The notes under the pieces are model-generated. The model saw only the letters and a program-made list of their open reading frames with translations, was not told the origin of the DNA and did no database searches. The position numbers were made by a program, and so were the translations under genes. Shown piece after piece: positions 25,525 through 32,315 of a DNA stretch of 32,315 nt. This DNA is from a virus (taxonomy: Duplodnaviria; Caudoviricetes). Numbering within the stretch: the stretch's first letter is position 1; the number at the start of each line of letters is the position of its first letter. Location: positions 1 through 32,315 of IMG/VR virus record IMGVR_UViG_3300037590_000072. The stretch is one strand, 5' to 3'.

Positions 25525-26367
25525 TTAAAATTCTAGTCCAGTATCATCTAAATCGTTAGCGGCTTTATTCCATTTGTAAACTTCTTTATCTAAAGGTAGT
25601 TCTATATTATTTTTTATAGCATAATTTGTTAACTTTCTATATGCTTGTGAATCAAATTCCATTAAATCTTCTATAATTTTCTTTTGTTCTCTTTCACTTA
25701 AAGATATTAAATACTTTATTGAATCTTTATATTTATAAGGATTATCCGAACTTTCAAATTTTATGTCACCTTTAACTTTAAAGGGAATTTTTTTAGAAAG
25801 TAACTTGTTCTTAGAACATGTAAAATCTCCGCCTACAAACTCAAGATTTTCAAGATCCTTTAAAGAGGTTAACTGATTATAGTCACAATCGAAATTATCA
25901 CCTACAGATTCTAAATTTTCAAGCCCTTTAAAATCAATTAATGCGTTAAAATAGCACTCAAATCCGCTGCCTACAAACTCAAGATTTTCAAGACCTTCTA
26001 AAGAGGTTAACTGATTATCATTACAACTAAAATTTCCACCTACAGACGCAAGATTTTCAAGACCTTCTAAAGAGGTTAACTGATTACCGTGGAACTCGAA
26101 ACTGCCGCCTATAGACTTAATTCTAAAAGGCAACTTCGTTAAATTCATTTTATCTAATCTCAAATTTCCTGTCGTACTAAAATACCCTTGTTTATCGATT
26201 TCCCAATCACCTGACAAAAGGTGCTTTTGGAATTGATTTATTTTTCCTTCTAGGTTTTCTTTAATCCATTGTTTAATTTCTTCAGGATCTTCTAAAGGAA
26301 ATTTTGATTGATCGAACCCTTTACTTTCGTTTAAAAACTCTTTATATGTCTTAAATTCTTTATTCAT
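25525..26367 (-). CDS. Leucine-rich-repeat-type protein with capsid-targeting-like N-terminus
   Basis: 22-aa repeats (N)QLTSLEGLENLxxVGGxFxC; starts MNKEFKTYKEFLNE. Confidence 0.8.
   Translation of the reverse strand: MNKEFKTYKEFLNESKGFDQSKFPLEDPEEIKQWIKENLEGKINQFQKHLLSGDWEIDKQGYFSTTGNLRLDKMNLTKLPFRIKSIGGSFEFHGNQLTSLEGLENLASVGGNFSCNDNQLTSLEGLENLEFVGSGFECYFNALIDFKGLENLESVGDNFDCDYNQLTSLKDLENLEFVGGDFTCSKNKLLSKKIPFKVKGDIKFESSDNPYKYKDSIKYLISLSEREQKKIIEDLMEFDSQAYRKLTNYAIKNNIELPLDKEVYKWNKAANDLDDTGLEF
25800..26115 (-). repeat. 66-bp tandem coding repeats (about 4.5 units)
   Basis: Near-identical CAAGATTTTCAAGACCTTCTAAAGAGGTTAACTGATTA blocks recur at 66-bp multiples. Confidence 0.8.
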
Positions 26368-29300
26368 TTATATTAGTTACGTTTATGAATCCGTTTTTTC
26401 TGAGTTCTACTTTATTGTCATTCCAATCAGTAATTTCTACTTCTATACTAAAAGTTCCTGTGTCTTTAAACAGATAAGTAAAATATTCGTTTTCTGTTAC
26501 TCCTAGAATTTCTTCAGTATAATCGTCAATAATTTTCCAAGTGTATGATTTTTTTCCAATAATGTCAATAGAAGCATCTGCATAAAAACCTACAATTGTT
26601 CCTGGGTTAATGTGAACAGAATCTTGTGAACCTTTAATATTATAACATCTTAAAGTTCCATTCATTGGATAACTAAAATGTCTTCTAAAGTTTCCATTTA
26701 AATCGTCTTCAATATAAAGCATTGAATCTGCTTTTTCTTTTGTTACTTCAAATGATTCATCATGCCATAACCATTCACTTAATAAATGATTCCATTTCAT
26801 TCTATTATTAATTGAACCTTCTGTGTAATTAGGTTCTTGATTCATTGTTATAGGAAGTTGATAATTACAAGCATATCTAGGATTTATTTTTGGTTCAATG
26901 TCTAATCCGTTTCTAAATTCTATTATAGATAATACATCTTCTCCATAAACTTTTGAAACTGCATGTATTTGATCTAGATCTTCGTTGATAATAAAATCAT
27001 AAACCTGAAGTTCTTCTATATCAGAACTTTCTAATTCTTCTGTTGCTAATTCAATATTCCCAGTACAACCAGAACTAAAAGTAAACCATTTAGAATCTCC
27101 AATTCTGAAAGCTCCGTTTTCTGTATAATTTTTAATGATAAACCCAGGAAGATTAGATCCATGCCAAGAACAATTGTCTATTTCTAAATCTCCTATTTGT
27201 TCTAATGTTAAATTTTCTAAATCTTCTATTGTTATTTCAGTTTTTCCTAGTCTTGTTTCAGCATGGTTTATGTCATATTCAGCAACCAAGAAATCAAACG
27301 TTTTAGTTATTCTAAATAATTCTCTTTCATTGTCTATTAAATTTACTTTGTAATGATCTTCAAAAGTTTCTACAGATCTTATAGGAATAGAATATCTACC
27401 ACCTGTAATATTCCACCAACATCTCATGTCTTTAGAATCATTTATTTTAGTTGTTATTTCATCTATGTTCATTTCAATAGATGAAGATAAAGTAAATTCG
27501 TATCTATTAGGCAACAGTTGATTTATTGTAGTTACTTCTAAACTTTGTGATTCATTAATTATAAAAGCATTTGAATAGCTTTTTTCTAATAATCCATCTG
27601 GATCTTCTACATAAAAGATAGTTTCATTATCTTTTCTATTAATTGAAAAATTTAATATTTTTAAAAAGGCTACATCTTCTGTATCATAAATATAAAATTT
27701 AGAATTTTCTTTAATTTCTAAACCGCCAGAATACGTCAATTTATTTTTTTCAATTGTAGTAGAACCTAAATTAACCGTTTCGTGCTCAAATATTTCAACA
27801 ATGTCTCCAACTTCTGGAATTTCAGTTGTTTCAACAGTAATAGTATCTACATCATTTGTAGATAAAATAGTTTTTGGTAAAATTTCTGAAGGTAAAGTAT
27901 CAGATAAAAAAGTAGCAAAAGTTTGTTTATTTATTTCACTTATTTTAGAACTATAATCTTTAGAAACTTTTATCCATTGTTCGTTTCTATCTAGCTCTAA
28001 AATTGGTATTTTAGTAATATTACACAATCCTTTTTGGTTTAAATAGCTTGCAGGATCTAATGCTTTTAATGTAGCAGCTTCCAAATCTTCTAATGTAGTA
28101 GTTGATAATTTACCATTAATTGTATCAAAATCAGCATCTTCAATTTTAAAATCTGGTTCTAAATCAGAAAGTCTTTCTATACTTCTTGTTTCATTCCATA
28201 CTGCACCAAAAACAGGTTCTGGTAATTCTACTTTAAATGCATTTTTTATTCTTTTAACTAAAACGTTATTATAAACATCTAACATTTTAACTACTATATC
28301 ATACCATCCAGCAACATTAACATTTACTGTAAATTCTTTTAGTTCTGATGGAATTCCTATAATTCTTTTATTAAATCCTTTTCCTTCAGTACAAATAATA
28401 TCATATTGTATTTCGTAAACAGGATAAGATTCTAAAAATTCTAAACTAACATTTTCAAATTCTTCAAATAAATGATCTAGATCTGCTAGAGTATTTTCAA
28501 ACGTTAAATTTTTAATTGTAACTTGACCATAAGATTCTCTAGTAGGACAATCTTCATATACGAAAGTTTGTTCTAATTCATCCAAAGGTATTTGAGAAAA
28601 TGTATTTAAATTTTCATTTTTTAAATCTAAAAGAGTTCTCTTTGTTCTTTCTTTCTTTTCGTAAACATCTTTATCTATTAATACTACAGGAGGTTCAATT
28701 TCTAAATTAACTTCTAAATCGTAATCATTTACGCTTGTAATGTTTACGGAATTAGTAAATGAAGATGTTGATATTCTATCAAATACTATTGTTTGTCCTG
28801 TTATATCAACTATTCTAGTATTTAAAGGAAGGTACTTATTTTTTAATAAAGTTTTTAATCCATATAATTTAATAAGAACTTCTTCCTGAGAGTAAGCAAA
28901 ATTTGGTTCTATTTCTGGAATTCCATTTTCGTCTACTTCTCCAGTCAATTTAAATACATCATAGAATAAAGAAAACTTACCAGTTCTTTTCATTACATTA
29001 TTACTTCCAAAAGTTTCTTTTTTAGGAGCTAATGTCTTGTAAGTAGTTTTATCTATTTCATAGTGAAAGAATTTTTCTGTTTCTAAATTTAACCACCATT
29101 CTTTTATTTTTAAATCAGAATATCCGTAAAATCTTAAAGCTTCAATCAATCCTTTATAAGAACCTATATAAGGAATAATGTTTGAAAAATCTAAAATTAA
29201 TTCTTTCTTTTTTCTGTTTAATACATCATGATCTATTTCATCATCTAGTACTTCAGTTTCTCTAAATACTATAGAATCTTCAGTTTCTAATGATTGACCA

Positions 29301-30028
29301 AAATTTGCTAAAATATCTGTTAATCTATAATCTTCTGCAATTGCTTCTGCAAACAAGGAGATTTCTGCTATTTTAACATCATCTTCTCCATCTTCTATCA
29401 AATATATTTCTAAATATTCAGAAAATTCTCCTTTTAAATCACTAGTAAAGGCCAGGTTAATAGTTAAAGCATCTAGGTTATTGTTATATTGAATAACTTC
29501 TCTGATTCCTTCTGCGTTAACGAATGACTCTTCTACAGTATCTAAATCATTAACGTCTACTACTTCTGTTGTAGAATTTAAATCTAAAATAAATTCAGTT
29601 TGTATTTTTTTAATTCCTGGAGAAATTTCATCAAGATCAGGAGAAACTGGATTATTAGTTAAATTATTAGAAGTTTGTAAATTTAATCCTTGTTTATTGT
29701 TAGTTACTGTTTCTACTAAATAATCTTGAAGTTCAGAATTATATTGAATTCTATACATGAAAAAGTTTTCATAATTAGAATCTTTAAACTTGAATTTTAA
29801 TTGTTGATTATCTGTAGTAACAGGAGAAATTAAAGATCTAACACTTTTAGAATTTATAATATTTAAAACATTTTCTAATATGTGAATTTGCTCAGTAGCA
29901 AATAAACCTGTTGAAATAGGTTCAAATGCAAGTTCAAATTTCCAATATCCTAAATCACTATTGATATTAGTAGATTGTCTTAAACCTGATTTATTATAAA
30001 ATTCTAAATTATTTTTAAGAAAAGCCAT
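26360..30028 (-). CDS. Large baseplate-wedge-like structural protein with C-terminal PKD/Ig-like domain
   Basis: IGSYKGLIEALRFYG...IKEWW motif reminiscent of baseplate wedge proteins; C-terminal YTWKI...FKDTGTFSIEVEITD; very acidic. Confidence 0.55.
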   Translation of the reverse strand: MAFLKNNLEFYNKSGLRQSTNINSDLGYWKFELAFEPISTGLFATEQIHILENVLNIINSKSVRSLISPVTTDNQQLKFKFKDSNYENFFMYRIQYNSELQDYLVETVTNNKQGLNLQTSNNLTNNPVSPDLDEISPGIKKIQTEFILDLNSTTEVVDVNDLDTVEESFVNAEGIREVIQYNNNLDALTINLAFTSDLKGEFSEYLEIYLIEDGEDDVKIAEISLFAEAIAEDYRLTDILANFGQSLETEDSIVFRETEVLDDEIDHDVLNRKKKELILDFSNIIPYIGSYKGLIEALRFYGYSDLKIKEWWLNLETEKFFHYEIDKTTYKTLAPKKETFGSNNVMKRTGKFSLFYDVFKLTGEVDENGIPEIEPNFAYSQEEVLIKLYGLKTLLKNKYLPLNTRIVDITGQTIVFDRISTSSFTNSVNITSVNDYDLEVNLEIEPPVVLIDKDVYEKKERTKRTLLDLKNENLNTFSQIPLDELEQTFVYEDCPTRESYGQVTIKNLTFENTLADLDHLFEEFENVSLEFLESYPVYEIQYDIICTEGKGFNKRIIGIPSELKEFTVNVNVAGWYDIVVKMLDVYNNVLVKRIKNAFKVELPEPVFGAVWNETRSIERLSDLEPDFKIEDADFDTINGKLSTTTLEDLEAATLKALDPASYLNQKGLCNITKIPILELDRNEQWIKVSKDYSSKISEINKQTFATFLSDTLPSEILPKTILSTNDVDTITVETTEIPEVGDIVEIFEHETVNLGSTTIEKNKLTYSGGLEIKENSKFYIYDTEDVAFLKILNFSINRKDNETIFYVEDPDGLLEKSYSNAFIINESQSLEVTTINQLLPNRYEFTLSSSIEMNIDEITTKINDSKDMRCWWNITGGRYSIPIRSVETFEDHYKVNLIDNERELFRITKTFDFLVAEYDINHAETRLGKTEITIEDLENLTLEQIGDLEIDNCSWHGSNLPGFIIKNYTENGAFRIGDSKWFTFSSGCTGNIELATEELESSDIEELQVYDFIINEDLDQIHAVSKVYGEDVLSIIEFRNGLDIEPKINPRYACNYQLPITMNQEPNYTEGSINNRMKWNHLLSEWLWHDESFEVTKEKADSMLYIEDDLNGNFRRHFSYPMNGTLRCYNIKGSQDSVHINPGTIVGFYADASIDIIGKKSYTWKIIDDYTEEILGVTENEYFTYLFKDTGTFSIEVEITDWNDNKVELRKNGFINVTNINE

Positions 30029-30033
30029 CTAAA

Positions 30034-32315
30034 TTAAATAAGTTTGTTATTGTTATTATTTGGAAACAATGATTGATCTAAATTTAATATTGCTCCTAAA
30101 TCAGGTCTTAATCTATCTACATCTCCTGCAGTAGATCCACCATCAATTGAAATATAATTTTTAGTAGATCCAAAAGAAGCTACTGCTTTAACATCAAATG
30201 AGAATAAAGGATTATTTTTAGACGAAATATCAAATCCTAATATTTTTTCATAAGAAATGTTTACATCTTTTCTATTTTTGTTAGAAGTAGAATATCCTCC
30301 AACTACACCTAATGTTTGTTTAGATGCTACTATATTTTTACTATTTAATTGTAGAGCAGGAACAGAAGATGTATTCAATTTCAATTGAGATGAAATTTCT
30401 GAAATATCAATTGGATCTGCAGTTAATTTTTGATTTGTAGTATAACTATCAGAATCTGAATAATAATCAGAAAGTCTATATTCTATCATTAAAGGTATTT
30501 CGATTCTTTGTCCTGGTTCTAATACTCTCACAGAAGTTGCATCTTGTCCTAATACTCTCACAGATTCAGGAGTATCGGGATTCATATAGAAATACATTCC
30601 TGTAGTATTTTCACCAATTAAATATCTATCATTTTCATAAAAACCAAATTTTAAAAACTTACCATAAGAATTTTTAGTAAGTTCAGATTGTTTATAATGA
30701 TTAGAAGTTCCTTTTTCTACATTAAACCATTTAGCATGTTCTAATAAATTTTCTCTAGTTAAAACAGAATCTATTAATAAATCAGATAATGTTTTTCTAT
30801 TTTCTTTTAAATCAGTATGTCCTACGTGAACACTAAAATCTGATAATGCTCCATTTCCTGTAGGAGCCATTGTATATGGATTTAATTCATTTGCAGGAGT
30901 ATCATAAACTGGATTATACCAATTTCCATCCCATAAGAAAGATTTTTTATTTCCAAATGTACTAGGATCAACTCCTAAATATTTAGGTTGTAAAGCTTCT
31001 CCTTCAGAATATAAAGTTTTAGTTCCTCTAATATCTTTATATCTATTGTAAATAAACTGACCTGCTACTTGAGAACTTTGTTGATGACCATAACCAAATC
31101 TAGTTGCATCATCTTTAATATCTTCATAAGAACTAAAGTTTTTATATTTAACTGGTACTTTATCGTATCTTCTTAAAGTTTTATAAATATCATCTGTAAA
31201 TGAAGTATCTCTCCAAGTTAAATTACTTCCTGTTAATTCAGGCAATCCTTCGTAAGTTGCTCCTGGATATTTAGAATTTAAATGAAGTGGACCGTCTCCT
31301 GTGTTTTGAAGAACTAAAGTATATTCTTCTTTAATTACTGCTCCTCTTCTTTCACCTACACTTAATTTAGAAACTGCATTATAATATGAAGGAGGTCTTA
31401 ACTCGACCACTCCTCCATTTTCTACCGGATAAGATACAAATTGACCACTTTCGTTTTTACCGTCAATAAATACAGAAAGTTTTCCGTTTCTTACTTCTAC
31501 TGGAGTTTGAGTAGAAATATCACCTTTTAATGAATCTATTTGAGATTGTAAATTTTTCAATACTTGCGTTACAGATAAAATATCTCCATTTACATCTACA
31601 ATTCCTGATTTTATTTCATTTCCTCCATGTGCATAATATACAGAATCTTCTACTCCAGAATTTCTAAAATGTCTTTCGAATCCATAATTTCTAATTTCTT
31701 TATAAATTATAGATCTTTCTTCTTCTCTTGCTGCTTCTTCTAATACAGAAAATAAATCTATTTCAGCATTTAATTCTTCTGGAAATTCTATTTTTACAGT
31801 TTCAGAAAAATTAGAAACTAAAGGATTAGAAGGATATCCTGCTTCAGAAACGCTTTGAATTTTAATTTCAACTTGTTCTCCTGGTTGAATAGGAATGTCA
31901 AGTTGATTTACATTTATTTCTTCTTTTTCATCTGTATTTTCTTCATCCCAAACAAATTTATCTTCGGTTAAAGAATAATATTTTTTTCTAGGTTTAGTTT
32001 GTATTTGATTCCAGTTTGAAAAATACCCAGAAGTAGATTCTCCGTTTTCAGAATATGCTAGTTGTTGAGCACTTGCTAAATTTCCGTTTCTGCTTAAATA
32101 TCTATATTGAATATTAAATTGAACTACTTCTTGTTTACCTGTTCTAGAATCTTCTTGTGGTGTAGGAAGTTCCCAGAAACCTCTAACTCTATATTTAGGT
32201 TTAATTCTATCTTTAGGATTTTCTTTATAAATTAAATTTAAACTTGTAAGAACAGCATTGTATTCAGAAATTTTATTTTTAAGTTTTCTATTTACTTCAT
32301 CTATTTGAGATTCTA
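30034..32315 (-). CDS. Large tail/baseplate-type structural protein, 5' truncated by window
   Basis: The frame has no stop from 31560 to the window end (...KPKYRVRGFWELP...QFNIQYRY...VEIKIQSVSEAGYP..., FN3-like), so the 508-aa track call is only the C-terminal part. Confidence 0.7.
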   Translation of the reverse strand, partial: ESQIDEVNRKLKNKISEYNAVLTSLNLIYKENPKDRIKPKYRVRGFWELPTPQEDSRTGKQEVVQFNIQYRYLSRNGNLASAQQLAYSENGESTSGYFSNWNQIQTKPRKKYYSLTEDKFVWDEENTDEKEEINVNQLDIPIQPGEQVEIKIQSVSEAGYPSNPLVSNFSETVKIEFPEELNAEIDLFSVLEEAAREEERSIIYKEIRNYGFERHFRNSGVEDSVYYAHGGNEIKSGIVDVNGDILSVTQVLKNLQSQIDSLKGDISTQTPVEVRNGKLSVFIDGKNESGQFVSYPVENGGVVELRPPSYYNAVSKLSVGERRGAVIKEEYTLVLQNTGDGPLHLNSKYPGATYEGLPELTGSNLTWRDTSFTDDIYKTLRRYDKVPVKYKNFSSYEDIKDDATRFGYGHQQSSQVAGQFIYNRYKDIRGTKTLYSEGEALQPKYLGVDPSTFGNKKSFLWDGNWYNPVYDTPANELNPYTMAPTGNGALSDFSVHVGHTDLKENRKTLSDLLIDSVLTRENLLEHAKWFNVEKGTSNHYKQSELTKNSYGKFLKFGFYENDRYLIGENTTGMYFYMNPDTPESVRVLGQDATSVRVLEPGQRIEIPLMIEYRLSDYYSDSDSYTTNQKLTADPIDISEISSQLKLNTSSVPALQLNSKNIVASKQTLGVVGGYSTSNKNRKDVNISYEKILGFDISSKNNPLFSFDVKAVASFGSTKNYISIDGGSTAGDVDRLRPDLGAILNLDQSLFPNNNNNKLI

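Noticed and set aside
25800-26115. CRISPR-like or DGR template/variable repeat pair
   Set aside because: Repeats are in-frame 66-bp coding units of an LRR-type protein; differences are not adenine-specific and no reverse transcriptase is in the window.
1692-27353. Opposite-strand ORFs in the track (1692-1958, 5539-5967, 12941-13258, 16158-16343, 18127-18333, 18363-18551, 22181-22414, 27135-27353)
   Set aside because: All lie inside longer, well-supported genes on the other strand and have the F/S/I/L-rich composition typical of antisense shadows.
31558-31560. TTG start of the 508-aa ORF
   Set aside because: The frame stays open to the window end, so this is an internal Leu codon.

Overview
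A very AT-rich, densely coded segment of a large T4-related (jumbo or huge) tailed-phage genome, in the standard genetic code (TAA, TAG and TGA all end genes at sensible positions). The left part has phoH, a standalone PAS protein, a P-loop protein and a gp14-like neck protein. A minus-strand nucleotide/replication cluster follows: dUTPase, the N-terminal half of a split family-B polymerase, a class II RNR with a mini-intein, a free-standing homing endonuclease, an RNA ligase and a GT25 glycosyltransferase. Next is about 1.1 kb of hairpin-dense non-coding DNA. The right part has a clamp loader, a second glycosyltransferase, tail/baseplate-like genes, a MoxR AAA+/VWA-peptidase pair and an LRR-type protein. 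Main leads: (1) up to six unrelated proteins start with a T4-like capsid-targeting peptide (MKTYREFIKE-like), suggesting a virion-packaged effector set. (2) A three-copy ~20-nt element at the RNR/endonuclease junction could form alternative hairpins over the endonuclease start codon. (3) A candidate 500-660-nt structured ncRNA. (4) Two distinct phage promoter motifs. All protein calls come from motif recognition by eye; no database searches were run.
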